Of a stretch of 64,000 nucleotides of DNA, positions 1 through 13,074 are shown piece after piece. Position 1 is the stretch's first letter; every line of letters begins with the position of its first letter. The notes beneath the pieces are model-generated. The model worked only from the letters and a program-made list of their open reading frames with translations. It made no database searches and was not told the DNA's origin. The stretch is from Tubulanus polymorphus (Eukaryota > Animalia > Nemertea), in assembly GCF_964204645.1 (NCBI RefSeq), contig NC_134030.1, positions 16,740,110 to 16,804,109 on the forward strand. Direction: 5' to 3'. The position numbers and the translations under genes were made by a program.

Positions 1-7
1 TAAAGAT

Positions 8-634
8 ATGAGTTATAAATTATCGAATATATGTTTAGAATATGATACAGTTACTGATGAAAATATTTCAAGTATAATTCAAACTAAATACAATCAAGGA
101 TTTTCATTATTATATGATTATATTGATAAATTCAAAACTGTAACTATTAATGCAAATGATGAAATAATTAATGAGAATATTAACTTCCCAAGAAGATCTA
201 TTAAAGGTATATTAATATTTTTTACCATTGCAACATATACTAATGGTGCAATAAATGTTGATAATTATTATAATCCTGAAATAACTATCGAAGGAATAGC
301 AAATAAAATATTTTGTCAAGGAATGAGAATGATAGATCAATGGCCAGAAATTAGAAAACATTTTATGAATGAAAAAGTAAAATCATCTGAAAATTGTAAT
401 ATCAATCAAATTGATTATTATACCGGTAATAAATATGCATTATGGTTAGATTTTAGAACAACAGAGGAAAATTCATTACATGTTTCTGGAAAAAAATTAC
501 AAAACACTAAAGATGGAATACAATTATTCATGACAAAGAATAAAGGAATCAAAAATTTTAAAATGCACATTTATATTATATCTGACGCGCAATTAAATAT
601 TGTAAATTCTCAATTAAATAGTGTTATGTATTAA
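8..634 (+). CDS. P1 major capsid protein, C-terminal part
   Basis: Near-identical to the C-terminal part of 35618-36421 (KYALWLDFRT...SGKKLQNTKDGIQL). Confidence 0.7.
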   Translation: MSYKLSNICLEYDTVTDENISSIIQTKYNQGFSLLYDYIDKFKTVTINANDEIINENINFPRRSIKGILIFFTIATYTNGAINVDNYYNPEITIEGIANKIFCQGMRMIDQWPEIRKHFMNEKVKSSENCNINQIDYYTGNKYALWLDFRTTEENSLHVSGKKLQNTKDGIQLFMTKNKGIKNFKMHIYIISDAQLNIVNSQLNSVMY

Positions 635-666
635 AATTTTAACTTTAATAAAAATTTATATAATAA

Positions 667-1500
667 ATGGAAGGAGGTAAAGTATATAAACATATTCCAT
701 ACATCGATACACATGAAAATAATGATGGTTTATATTATGTAATACCTTGTAATATAGCTTTGATATTTGATCCTATTTTCGAAATTTATAAAACTAAACT
801 AATAGAAATCGATAATAATAAAAGTGAAGTTGTTGATAATTTAAGTAATGTAATTGATAATAATGTAATACCTTCTACATCTAATAATATAATACCTTCT
901 ACATCTAATAATGTAATACCTTCTACATCTAATAATGTAATACCTTCAACATCTAATAATGTAATACCTTCTACATCTAATAATGAAATAATATTAAATG
1001 TTAGTGAAAATAGAAATTATTGTGGATATTGTAAAAGTGAATTTTCAAACGCTACATCAAATTGGAATAAACATATGAATACAAGGGTACATATAAATAA
1101 TGTTATAGAACGTGTTGGTTTAAAAGAATTTATAGAACACCCATTTAGATATGTTACAAAGTTTGTTTCAAATCAAAAAGTAAATGGTGAAAAAATATAT
1201 GAAGATTTATTATTAGCAAATCCTAATAAAGATTAATTAGATTTAACCGATGCTAATGAAATATTAAAACCAAACACTGTAAATGAAATATTAGGAGCAA
1301 ACACTAATAAAGATTCTATGAAACATAAAGTAGAAAATAATGATAAATTTGATTGGATGAATAAGCATAACAATGAAACAACTATTGATGATGCGGTAAA
1401 AAAGGTGAAGAATAAGTATAAAAATAATAGAGAATTTGAAGAAGGAAATTCGGTAGAGAATTTGAATAAATTGTTAGAGTCTGATAGTGAAAGTGATTAA
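667..1500 (+). pseudogene. P1 Ser/Thr-repeat plus C2H2 zinc-finger protein, premature stop at 1234-1236
   Basis: Homolog of 36454-37431 with (VIPSTSNN)n repeats and CGYC..H..H; reading continues into ORF 1318-1500. Confidence 0.75.
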
Positions 1501-1898
1501 AATATTAATTATATTTAACACAAATAATAATATTGGTTGAAAATTGTATAAAATAGTAGTAAATAAAAAAGGGGGTTTTAAGTATTTAAGGTATTTAAGG
1601 TATCTAATACATATCTAATACAATCTAATACATAAAATATCTTATTTTATAAACTGATATTCATATTGAAATTGAAACCTCAGTAATAATAAATAACCTT
1701 TATTATTTTCAAACTTATTCATATATTAGTTGAAAAAATAAAACTAAATTGGTTGAAAATTGTATAAATAATATTTATTTAAAAAAGGGGTTTTAAGTAT
1801 TTAAGGTATCTAATAGGGTATCGGGTATTAGGGTATCTAATAGGGTATCAGGTATTAGGGTATCTAATAGGGTATCTAATACAAAGGTATATAAATTT

Positions 1899-2504
1899 TA
1901 TTTTATAAATTTATATTCATAGGGAAATTGTAATCTCAGTAATAATTTTGAGCCTTTATTATTCTTTAATTGATTCATATATTCATCATGTAATTCAGTA
2001 GATATAATTTGATTTTCTTCCAATGATTGTTGCATAGATTTTCTATCTTTATTGTAGAATAAAACTAGAAATCTAATGTTTTCTCTAAAGTCTTTAACAA
2101 TTGAATTATATTTTTTGATTTAAAACCCATGTTGTTATCCCGAAATGTCTTCCAGAGAAAGCTAGATAACATCTTTCTCTCACTTTTGAATCATGTAAAT
2201 TTGCGCAATCATCTATAATGAATAATGTATTTGATCCTTTATAAGTATCAATTGCTATTTTTATACAATTATCTAAATTTTCTTTTACTGTTTTAGGATT
2301 TAACATAATAAACTTTTTTATCTTAACTATATCTCTATTATATGTTTTATTCATTTCATAAGTAGGACAAAATAATATTATGTTATCAAAATGATTCTTA
2401 TAAATAGTTTCTAACAAATCTAATATGAAATGTGTTTTACCACAATTGCTTACACCAGTAACTAACATATTATGCGGTTCAAATATAAATAAATCTTTAT
2501 TCAT
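1899..2504 (-). pseudogene. P1 packaging ATPase (A32-like), frameshifted
   Basis: Walker A GVSNCGKT and Walker B FIIDD; homolog of 37571-38182. Confidence 0.85.
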
Positions 2505-3581
2505 TTATTCTTTTAATTTTACTAGATAAAATCCATTCATTAAATTTATCATCGTATCCTTTATATTTCACCAAAGAATACTTTTTTCCTTGAAGAGTTT
2601 TTCTTTTCAATACTTTTTCTATTTTGTATTCTATTTCATCTGGTTTGGTACAAGTGATAATTCTTGTTCATAGAAATAACCTAATATTTCTTCATCTTTT
2701 AGATCTTCTAGTTTATAAACAAAAGGTTTAGTTAATATTATCTTTTTAATTTTAAATATTTCTTCTGTAAAATTAGGGGTATAACCTTTATAAAATGTTT
2801 TTCTATATTTAGATATTCTAACGTGTTGTCCAATTTTGAATCTAGGTTCACCGAAATCATGTGTAACAAACGCGCCATATAAATTATTCCAAACTATTTC
2901 TGAATTATCTTCTTTTCTAGCTTGTATAGGTTTCATATTTATAGAACTATGTTTAGAATTATTATAACCTTTCACTAAATCATCTAATACATCGATATAT
3001 TTATATGTTTCATTAGCAGTAAAATATTTCCACATTCTAGTTTTCAATGTTTTATTAAATCTTTCTATAATAGATGCTTTTTTATATGAGTGTGTTGAAA
3101 AATATTTTACATCGTTATCAGATAATAGTTTTTTAAAATGTTTGTTATAAAATTCCTTACCTTCATCAAATTGTATCTTATCTGGAATAGCTTCTTTAAA
3201 TATAGATTTAAAAGCATTTGTAACTTCTATTCCAGTTTTATTTTTGATTGGAATTGACCATGCGTATCGACTGAATATGTCTATAACATTCAATATCCAG
3301 AAATATCCTTCGTTGTATTCCTCTAAGTTCTTCATGTCAATTAAATCTGCTTGCCATTGTTGATCGATATATGAAACCATAACTTTTCTTGTTAAATAAG
3401 TTTTATCCATTTTCTTGTGTATTTGATATGTTGGTTGATTTTGTAACCATGATTTTAATTCACTATATTTTATATTTTCATTATCAGATTTAATTTTATT
3501 CCATAATTCTGAAACGTTAGATTATGATACTTCACTTTCTGGGTTATAACATAACTCTCTTAAATATTCTTCTTTTTTCAT
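2497..3581 (-). pseudogene. P1 retroviral-type integrase with chromodomain, disrupted
   Basis: WQADL, IDIFSRYAW, D(E)GKEF and IERFNKTLK motifs; in-frame stop near the N-terminus and a frameshift near 2640. Confidence 0.9.
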
Positions 3582-3587
3582 CTTATT

Positions 3588-3956
3588 TTAATCCATTAAT
3601 AATAATTTGGATTTAGTTTCAATGGTTTTATGATTTGACTTATTTTCTGGTATGATAGGTTTATTGTCATTGGAATCATATTTATCATCAGATTTGAATT
3701 TTGATTTATATATTACACCGGATAATATAATAACTGTTACTAATCCAATTGTAATATATAAGTAATTATTACTTCCAGCATTAGAAGAATTAGATGGATT
3801 ATTATTTGAATCAACATCAGATAAAGTCTGTGATTCATTTATATTCAGTTCATTTCTTTTTCTTAGCTTTTTTAATTCTGAAGATCTTTTACCTAATTCT
3901 CTTGCCCATTTAATTTGTTTCTCGGATCTAGGCTTTTTCTTAACGCCATCACTCAT
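3588..3956 (-). CDS. P1 hypothetical single-TM protein
   Basis: Homolog of 39267-39650; hydrophobic stretch YLYITIGLVTVIILSGVIY. Confidence 0.7.
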   Translation of the reverse strand: MSDGVKKKPRSEKQIKWARELGKRSSELKKLRKRNELNINESQTLSDVDSNNNPSNSSNAGSNNYLYITIGLVTVIILSGVIYKSKFKSDDKYDSNDNKPIIPENKSNHKTIETKSKLLLMD

Positions 3957-4529
3957 TTATTTTAGTTAATTTTTGTTCTGATTCATTTTCTGTTTCGACG
4001 TTTGGTTGTAGTACATCTGTTTCGTTCTTACCTGATTTATATTCCATAGGCTTGATGTTCGAAAATGTTATGACGCCAGTAGAAATTAATGTCATAACCG
4101 ATCCTAATTGAAATGAAGCATATCCAACCCATTTTTGTAATTCAGTCATAACTAAATAGTCATTTTTCAAATCACTATATAATTTATTTTCATCAACAAT
4201 TGGTATTAACTGGTTACATAATTTAGAGTAACATAATCATTTATTCTAGCTAATCTTGCTTCTTCATAAATCTTAAAATATTTTATTACTTAATCAGGTT
4301 TCATAGCATCTAATTCTTGAAAAGTAATAGTCTAAGTTAAAAATTGTTTACACTTTCCGCTAGCAATTATTAATTCAAGATGGTGTTTACAATATAAGTA
4401 GTATTCATAATCAATATTACAATTAATATTATTTTCAATTTTGATTGGAATATCCTTATTATCACTAATGTCTAAATCATCTAATATTTTTTCAATGTTG
4501 GTATTATTCTTATTAGATTTCTTTGACAT
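3949..4529 (-). pseudogene. P1 hypothetical protein, frameshifted
   Basis: Two ORF pieces match 39643-40245. Confidence 0.75.
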
Positions 4530-5643
4530 TTATATTAGAGAAAAAAGCAAGAAAAATATTATAATATTTTAATACTAGCTAGTTAAGTTATTGATACTAA
4601 ATTGACTAGGTTAGTTAAAGTTATTGTTTTTTTATTTGAATCTATTCAAAATATAAAGTATTCTCTTTTGAAAAGAATTGCAAAAGAAAATATTAAAAAT
4701 ATAATAGAATTCACTAGCTAGTTGAAGTTATTGTTTTTTTATTATATTTTATTTAAATTAGGATTTAATATCTCACTACTATTGTCTATCTATTAGGAGC
4801 AGTAATTATAACTGTCCAGATAAGTCATTTCGGATTCTCGATAATAAATTCTAAAACTAACAATAAATTCAAAGAAACGATTGGTGGAATTACTATTTCA
4901 TAAACACATATATTTTATTTTGCAATCATTATCGATTTCCACATTCCAACCCGCGCATTTAATGCGCGGTAAGGTATGCGTGGAATGCAACAGCTTAATG
5001 ACGCAATTGAACAACAGCTTAATGACGCAATTGAAATTCCGAAAACGTAATGCATTGAAAGCCTATACAGTATGGCTAAACTGCTACAGTCTCATGAGTT
5101 GAAATATCCATTATTTCTGATTTCACATTCATCTATCTTCACTTTCATGATTCAATGGCCTTCATTTTGTTATCTAAAAGATAAATATCTAACGTAGAAT
5201 AAAACTAACTTGAAGTTGTAGTTGTAAAATATTAATTACAGCACTTAAACATAGCCATTCGTGGCGCATCTTACCAGGATAAGTTTTACATGTTTAACGT
5301 TTCCCAACGCCTTAATAACAACAAAAACAGTACTTACATTTATAACTGTAAACTCCTAAAATTGTGTTTATAGAGAGAATATCCTATACGTTCCTATGCT
5401 TATGTGCTGCGCGTTTATAACTGCCAGTTATTCACTATCTAAACACTGTCTGTGCAACAGATGTTCCTTTGTAATATAATTGATTAATCCTTTTCAACTG
5501 AAATAGCACATTCGATCAATATTCAAATGAGATACACCCTATTCAACTGAATATAACGTGCGACATATGCTTTTGTAAACAACCTAATACAATTACATAT
5601 AGGCGGTTTGACATAGATCGAGAGTAACCGGTTTTCTAAGCGC

Positions 5644-6297
5644 TTAAGCTTCAACGTATTTTTCATTATGTGTTGAGTTCCATAATTCAACAAATGTCTT
5701 TGCTTTATCCAGTTGATCTAAATATAACTGTAAATCTAGTTTATTAGATTTAATTATGTTTTCCTTCTTTTCTAATGGTCTTAAATTTTTCCAACTCCAA
5801 ATAAGTTTTTTATTGTATTCATCATTCATGTTAAATTTAGAAATCGGCAACACATGATCAATATGAAAGTATTCACCATAATTATCTATATTCATTTTAT
5901 CATCGAATTGATATATTATCCATGATATGAAAAATTCATCTGAACAACCCAATAAATTAAATAGTGTTTCTGAATGCGTTTCTTTGTTGAATAATTGTGT
6001 TAATCTAGATCTTAAGCATTGTTTCAATCTAAAATTAAGATCTGTTTGATAACTTTCTTACATATATTCTGTCATATAATCATTATAAGCTTCTCTATTA
6101 TCTTCTCGATATTGCTTGGTATATAGTTTAATACAAGTTTTGCAGCAATATTGAAAACCATCTTTGCTAATCTTACGCTTACTAAATTCTGTTATAGCTA
6201 ATTTATCTAATTCACATTTAGAACACTTCTTGTAGTATATATTTATAACACCAGTGTTATTTGTAATATTGATAGTTTGTGGTTGTTCTGGTTCCAT
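5644..6297 (-). pseudogene. P1 zinc-ribbon plus HNH endonuclease, frameshifted near 6057
   Basis: CSKC...CKTC, then HIDHVLP...NLRPL..EN..KSNK (HNH fold, typical of large-DNA-virus HNH/Endo VII-like genes). Confidence 0.75.
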
Positions 6298-6436
6298 TTA
6301 TTATATGTATTTTTTTACTAAATTGGTTAATATTTTAGAATCCTCTTCCATTTCTTCGACCAACGTCATCCTTTTTCATTCCTCGCTGCTTTTTATAAGT
6401 CAGTTTCGATTCCTTGATATCTAAATAATACCACTG

Positions 6437-6740
6437 GGCAAAACCGCTCTTATAGGAGCGCTTTTGCTTAATGCGCATGCGTTAATCATAATTTTTATTC
6501 ATTCTGTAAATTCTGTAAAATAGAAAACGACCGACATAAAATATCAAAACGTGTTCGCATTAGGCAAAACCGCTCTTATAGGAGCGGTTTTGATCAATGC
6601 GCATGCGCTAATCATAATTATATATTCATGCTGTAAAATAGAAACAACTGAACAAAGAAAATTCAAACGCATGTGCACTAGGCAAAACCGCTCTTATAGG
6701 AGCGTTTTTGCTTAATGCGCATGCGCTAATCATAATTGAA
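6437..6740. repeat. Three ~120-bp tandem units with palindromic cores
   Basis: GGCAAAACCGCTCTTATAGGAGCG(C/G/T)TTTTG...ATGCGCATGCG at 6437, 6563 and 6681. Confidence 0.85.
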
Positions 6741-7596
6741 ACGACCGAACATAGAACATTCACCAAGTAGATTTACACAATACATTATACAAGTTGTTCA
6801 GTCGTTTCTTCCAATACATCATTTGATTTCTATAAATACAATTTATAATTACAAACATTTTTTCAATTGCTGGTAAATATTTAACTACATCAACAAATGT
6901 TAAACTTAATCATTGGAGTCTTCGTCGATCTTTTGGCGATTCTTGTGTTTCTTGTGCTAATTTCTATTGGTTCGATATCCATTGCTGTTGATTCCTCAGT
7001 CAGAAAGAGTATCTTGAGTTTCTCTATCACTTCTTGATGCGTATGGCGTTTTATTAATCTAAAAGATATTAGCGGCAACTCTAGCCATCTAAAAGATATA
7101 CTAAATACACTTAAATATATCTAAAGGTTTCATATTTAATAGCCCTAATAACTACAAAAAACAGTACTTACATTAAGATTTAGAATTGTAAACTATAAAC
7201 TCCTAATTTCGTTTCGAGAGAATATCCTGAGCGTAATGTTACAGCGCCTGTTCATTTCCTGCCACGTCATCTGGTTCCGGCACACCTTTCTAGAATTTTC
7301 TCTACACGTTTGCAATATTATGTCTCATATGTCGCGGCGTCATAGTAACAGCTGTAACAGCTGTGAATTTTTAGATTTATTCCATAGCTCTTTACATGAA
7401 ATGTATATAGACTCAAATAGAATCATGTTCTAGTATAAACAGCTATAAATTATTTCAATCACACTTTACTAACACTTTTAATGTTTAAAAATCTAACTCA
7501 CACAAATATGAATATTGAAATAATGTTGTAAATATATACTTTTATATTGAATAATCTGTCAATTTAAATGTTATTCATGTATATGATTATTTTAAG

Positions 7597-8006
7597 AGTA
7601 ATAGGGGTAATGGGCTTTCAGGTTAAAGGTTGAATGGTCGAGTTCATAAAAAACAAATATTAAAAGTAATTTAAAACTATAATATATTTTCATAACCGTG
7701 TGTATTTCAGTTGAATAATAGAATAATTATTATTATTAGAATATATTTGATTATATGAATTTGTGTATTGTAAATAAATCAATTGGTCACGGAGCGGAGC
7801 GGTAGCGAAGTGGAGCGACCAATTGATTTAATACAATATGCTTTTTAAATTTAAATTATTGATATCTTAGAATAAATATTTAGTTATAATATAAAATACA
7901 CACGGTTATGAAAATATATTATAGTTTTAAATTACTTTTAATGTTTTGTTTTTAAATGAGCTCGACCGTTCGACCTTTGGCTTGAAAGCCCATTACCCCT
8001 ATTACT
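7597..8006. repeat. P1 terminal fold-back hairpin (410 nt)
   Basis: AGTAATAGGGGTAATGGGCTTTCA at 7597 and its reverse complement ending at 8006; ~110-nt outer arms plus an inner stem. Confidence 0.9.
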
Positions 8007-11000
8007 AACGCCTTGTACGTGCCCAGCTATCCGCAGAATATCTTTTCAGTACAGGCGGCAACTCAAGAAGGTGGAACTGTAATTTTCAATCCTAATTCGG
8101 CAATGTTGAAATATGCCGGTAGAGATTATGATATCCAAAAGAATGGTAGGTTGTATTATTTAAAGATGTTGTCTGATAAAATAGAGTATCAAACTGATTC
8201 GTTTAGTGTAACTCGTGACCTACAAAGCTGGCACGAGATTTTAGGTCATTGTAACCATAATGACGTATTACAACTTGAAAGTGTTGTTGAAGGGATGAAG
8301 ATTTCTGGTGAAACAAAAACCCCAATTGATTGTAATATATGTACCTTAGGTAAATTCACACAAATAGAGTCCCTGATGCTAGGGTAAAATCAAAATTCGA
8401 TCTGGTTCACACAGATCTAGCGGGACCAATCGAACCCATGTCCAAAGAGGGGTTCCAGTATGCAGTATCATTTACTGATGATTACACCGGAGCTGTATCT
8501 GTTTATTTCCTCAAGAGTTAAAGCGATACGGTAATCGCGACATAGAGATTAAATGAAAGATTAAATGTATACGTTCTGATAGAGGAACTGAGTTCATGTG
8601 TAAGAATTACAAAACCTTATTGATAGAGAATAAAATACGACATGATACCTCAGCCCCATACTCTCCCCATCACAATGGTACCGCTGAGCGCCATTGGCGA
8701 ACTTTATTTGAGATGGGAAGATGTATGTTTTTTCAAGCGAAACTGTCAAACGATTTGTGGCCGTATGCCGTCATGGCAGCGGCATATACTAGAAACCGTT
8801 GTTTCAACAAAAGGCTGAATAAAACGCCTTATCAAGCTATTACAGGGAGAAAACCGAATCTATCCAATTTGAGATTATTTGGGTCTGAATGTTATGCATA
8901 CCTCCAGAATAAATCAAAATTAGACCCAAGATGTACAAAAGGTATATTCGTAGGATATGATAGAAATAGCCCATCATATTTAGTTTACTTCCCACAGACG
9001 GGAAAAGTTATGAGGCACAGAGTTGTAAAGTTCAATCAGAAAATAGTCACTGAACAGCAAACGCAAATACCACATGTTGATATCCGAGCTTATGACGATG
9101 ATTCATTGTGCGCGTTTCCAAGGGAAAATTCTGAAAATAGGTCACAACCTAGCAGTCAAAAAGTACAAGTATCGGAAACTCACTCACATAATGACACTCG
9201 AAATTCTAGGTATCCTCAGCGAAATTGTCAACGTCCCGGATATTTGGACGACTATTTGTTAGAACCTAAGAATGAAATGTCAAACAGTGACAATTCATTT
9301 GGAAACATTGATTATCTGTGTAGAGTGAGTGACGATTGTCCGAAGAATTATCAAGAAGCTGTAGAATCATCTGAATCCAAACTTTGGCTAGCCGCGATGC
9401 AGGAAGAAATTGATTCCCTGCAGAGCAACGAAACCTATACACTGACCAGTTTACAAGCAGGTAGAACTGCAGTGGGGGGTAGGTGGGTGTACGCAGTGAA
9501 AACCAAACCCGATGGTTCTAAATTCTTCAAGGCTAGATACGTGGCCAAAGGCTACAGTCAAATTGAGGGTACTGACTATCAAGAGACATTTTCACCAACG
9601 GCTAAAATGTCTTCAGTTCACATTCTTATGCAGCTGGTGGCCTAATATGACTTAAATCTGGAGCAAATGGATGTCAAAACTGCATATTTAAATGCGCCAA
9701 TAGACTGTGAAATATTTGTTGAACAACCCGAAGGTTTCTGTCTAAAATCCCCAGACGGCGAAAAGTTTTACTGTAAGTTACATAAATCTTTGTACGGATT
9801 AAAACAAAGTGGTAGGAATTGGAATAATGTGTTACACGAACATCTTGAAAAACATGGATTCAAACAAAGTTTGGTTGATCAATGTTTGTATGTTATGAAT
9901 GTAGGAAATGAAATGGTTATTCTCTTAGTCTAGGTAGATGATGTAATCCCGGCGGCGAGTAGCAAAAAATTGATGTTAAAAACCAAAAATATGTTAAGCA
10001 ACAAGTTCAACATGAAGGACCTAGGAAAACTATCCTGGTTCTTGGGTATCGAGTTCAAACAGAACAATGGTGTTGTAACAATGAGTCAAAAATTGTATAT
10101 AGATAAATTGCTTCGCGGATTTGAAATGTTTGATTGTAAACCTAGAAAAACACCTTCAGAACAAAAATTGAAATTTAATGACAGTTCTGAGAAGTGTGAT
10201 CCAAAGAAATATAGAGAGTGCGTCGGTAGCCTGATATACGCCATGAGGTGTACCAGACCCGATATTGGTTTCGTTGTAACCAAGTTGTCACAGTATCCAG
10301 CGAATCCAACTGTTGAACATTGGACCTCGGCTAAGCATATGCTGCGATACTTAAAAGGGACAATTGATTACAAATTGGTGTCAGAAAGGATGATAGCTCA
10401 GGTTTAAAACTCACAGGCTTTAGTGATGCTGATTGGGCTTTGTCGATTGACGATAGGAAAAGCATTACGGGTTATTGTGTTAGTCGTAGTGGTAGTCGTA
10501 CTGAACTCTTTCCATGCGACTTCTCTAAAAACCAGATCCTGAGATTTTGCGACTTTTATTTCGAAAAAAAAATTTTTTCAAAAAATATTGGGTTCTCAAA
10601 CTTCTAGACGGTCTAATACGCTTCCCTACACTAAAATATGATGATTCAGCTTGTTTCTGATGATCTAGCTATTCTGGGGTCGTTAGGGGCCCCCAAAATG
10701 TCCAAAAAAAAATTATACCTACTTTCGGGTCATTCGGGTACCCCTACCCCTAACTGCAGCTTCATATTCTCTCTATATATCTTCATTATATCCACTGCGT
10801 CATGTATAGACACCGTATACCAGCCGCTGTGTCTATTTATAAAGCTTTCAATTTTGCCCTACTTTGTTTACACAACTTGACCTCTATTCACCGATAATGA
10901 CTTTCGTGACCTACATAGATTTTATTCATACACCCGCCAGCGAACTCGAACACAAACAAGTCCCCGGGGTTGCCAGGACTACCAGGCATACATACAAGCC

Positions 11001-11553
11001 GTATAAGCTTTATACATTGCCATTTAGGCAGTAAGGGGATAAGTAGGTCAAACACCTGTGACGTGGCGCCACACCGCGCAAAAACAAAGCGTTCTGGAGA
11101 CTGTGTCGTCCGGTCACAGTTAGCATTACGGGTTATTGTGTTAGTCGTAGTGGTAGTCGTACTGAAGGTAGTGAATTAATATCATGGAAATCCAAGAAGC
11201 AGCCAACAGTTGCGCTGTCATCATGCGAGGCGGAATAAATGGCATTAGCAGCCGCCACACAAGAAAACCTTTATTTGATACAAATCGTGGAAGATCTTGA
11301 TTATGTGAACACATGCATACTCCAGTTCTCACTCACGAAGATAACCAGGGAACTATTAACTTGTGTAAGAACCCAGTAAATCACCAGAGATCAAAACACA
11401 GACATACGGTACCACTTCATTAGATCTGAAATAAGTGCTGGGAAAATAAACATAGAGTACTGCCCAACAGATTCTATGTGTAGCAGATGCTTTTACAAAA
11501 CCAAGTCCCTGTTTCAAATTAGAACAATTCCATAGTTTTATTTTTGGAAATTA
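8007..11553 (+). pseudogene. pol: Copia pol (gag-pre-integrase, integrase, RT, RNase H), with multiple stops and frameshifts
   Basis: WHEILGHCN, HTDLAGP, NGTAER, ARYVAKGYSQ, MDVKTAYLN, LYGLKQSGRNW, FSDADWA...DRKSITGY. Confidence 0.92.
10506..11121. other. 616-bp unrelated insertion in Copia RNase H, flanked by a 45-bp direct duplication
   Basis: 10461-10505 is identical to 11122-11166. Confidence 0.8.
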
Positions 11554-11788
11554 AAGTGTAATTGTTAGTGCTATGAAAAACGGATTTGAGAGTGTTTTTT
11601 TTAAGTATTGTGGAAATATCTATAAGCTTAATATGTTGACCGCAGTGCTTGTATGCTCAACATGAAATTATGTCATGTATCACGTATCCTTATATATTCG
11701 ATATTTAGGTAATTGGTGAATTGAACTTCTTTTTGATTGTATTTGTCAAGTAGTATTTTTATTGTAAAAGGCTGAGATCAAGTGGGGG

Positions 11789-12019
11789 TGTTGAGAGATG
11801 ATCTCTACTATTAATAGAATAGTACTGGCGCGATATTTTCCCGCGCATTCTCTGTAACGCGCATGAAACCAGATGTTGACCTGATGTAAATAAAGTTTAG
11901 TTCACGAGTAGTTGTCAAAGAAAGAAGACGTGTTTTGTAGTTCCTTTCTTTGATCCTATGTCAGCAGACATAGATGGTGACTCGTCAGTTTTCCCGTCAT
12001 GGTAGACTCTAATTCAACA
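11789..12019 (+). repeat. Copia 3' LTR (~231 bp)
   Basis: TGTTGA...TCAACA termini, directly preceded by the purine tract AAGTGGGGG. Confidence 0.8.
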
Positions 12020-13074
12020 ACATGAATTTACATGGACTGGTTGCCTGTCCCATCTAATATGGGGCAGGTTAGCCCATCCCCCATCTTCTGCGAAATATAC
12101 GGATACGGATCCCGATTTCAGTCTTTCGTTTCGAGAATTATGTTACATGGCCGAACACGAAGTGTCTTGATTTTGTTTCACCCACCTTTTAGAAAGTCGT
12201 TTTTTTCTAACAATGAAGAAAGAAACTCCATTTAAACTGTCGAAACCGTATAGCGTGAATAGGGGCGAGGGTACACCGGAGTCCTGTTAGACGGAACAAA
12301 TCCAAACGACCACGTCTAACACCGTTGGTTACTATAGGATGAACTGAAGTGTATTGTCTCTAAAATGTGTTTGAACTACTACACATGGTTCGAGATCACC
12401 ATTGTTAACCAACCGGTTGTCTAAACGATTTTACAGTTGCTAGCACCTATTTTGTTAGGGTACTTTTGTCCTGTATGGATGGATAACTTTTTCTCTTTTT
12501 TCAAAAACTATCTGTAATGCGTGTTTTATCATATTTCATATGTTCCTGGATGGATTTTGACAATAAACGCCCCCTTTCACGTGAACTTTAAAATTTTGCG
12601 ATATCAGTTTTCATCATATGGCTCTTTAACTGCAGCGCGTGTATTGTCATTCTGAGTTTTGGCGCTGTTTTCTATACGTGATCTTGAGATCTGAAACGAT
12701 GAATTATAAACACACTCACGCTGTCGGTTTGGCGAACCCGACTGAATGTATCAGGCAACACTTGCAAGGATTCTGAAGCAACACTTGGATTTTAGGATAT
12801 ATAGGCACAATCATAAATGAAACACTTTGCAGTAATTTCATCAGGTAAATCGTTTATATGAGGCGCGTTCACATGACAACTATTTAGACCGGTCTTAATG
12901 GGTCCGTACCTGGTCCGTTCCAAATTAGACCAGTCCAAATTTTGGTGTGCGTCCACACGGCGTTTTGACACGCGTTGATGAAATCGCTTCAGATAGTTAT
13001 CATCGGGCACACAAGATGTCGCCATGAGTATTCTATGTTGAATAAAATTTGCTGTGTTGAATTGTTCACTTCCT

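Larger units (their letters stand above)
1..8006 (+). mobile_element. Polinton/Maverick copy P1 (right part; left end outside window), degraded, inserted into a Copia element
   Basis: Same gene order as 35780-43370 (MCP, repeat protein, ATPase, integrase, two ORFs, HNH). Ends in ...CCCCTATTACT at 8006 and is directly followed by Copia pol coding sequence. Confidence 0.9.
8007..12019 (+). mobile_element. Ty1/Copia LTR retrotransposon, 3' part, degraded
   Basis: Domain order PR(end)-INT-RT-RH, followed by a polypurine tract and a 3' LTR. Confidence 0.92.

Noticed and set aside
1797-1885. Telomeric TTAGGG array
   Set aside because: TTAGGG occurs only as part of a longer GGTAT-based unit, not as tandem hexamers.
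6437-6740. CRISPR-like look (palindromic repeat plus spacer)
   Set aside because: The spacers are homologous to each other, there are only three units, no cas genes are present, and the context is eukaryotic.
7597-8006. Terminal hairpins as independent MITEs
   Set aside because: They have no TSD of their own, all lie exactly at Polinton ends, and the P4 TSD flanks the outer hairpin ends.
12020-13074. Host gene or coding region
   Set aside because: Only short ORFs without recognisable motifs; left unassigned.
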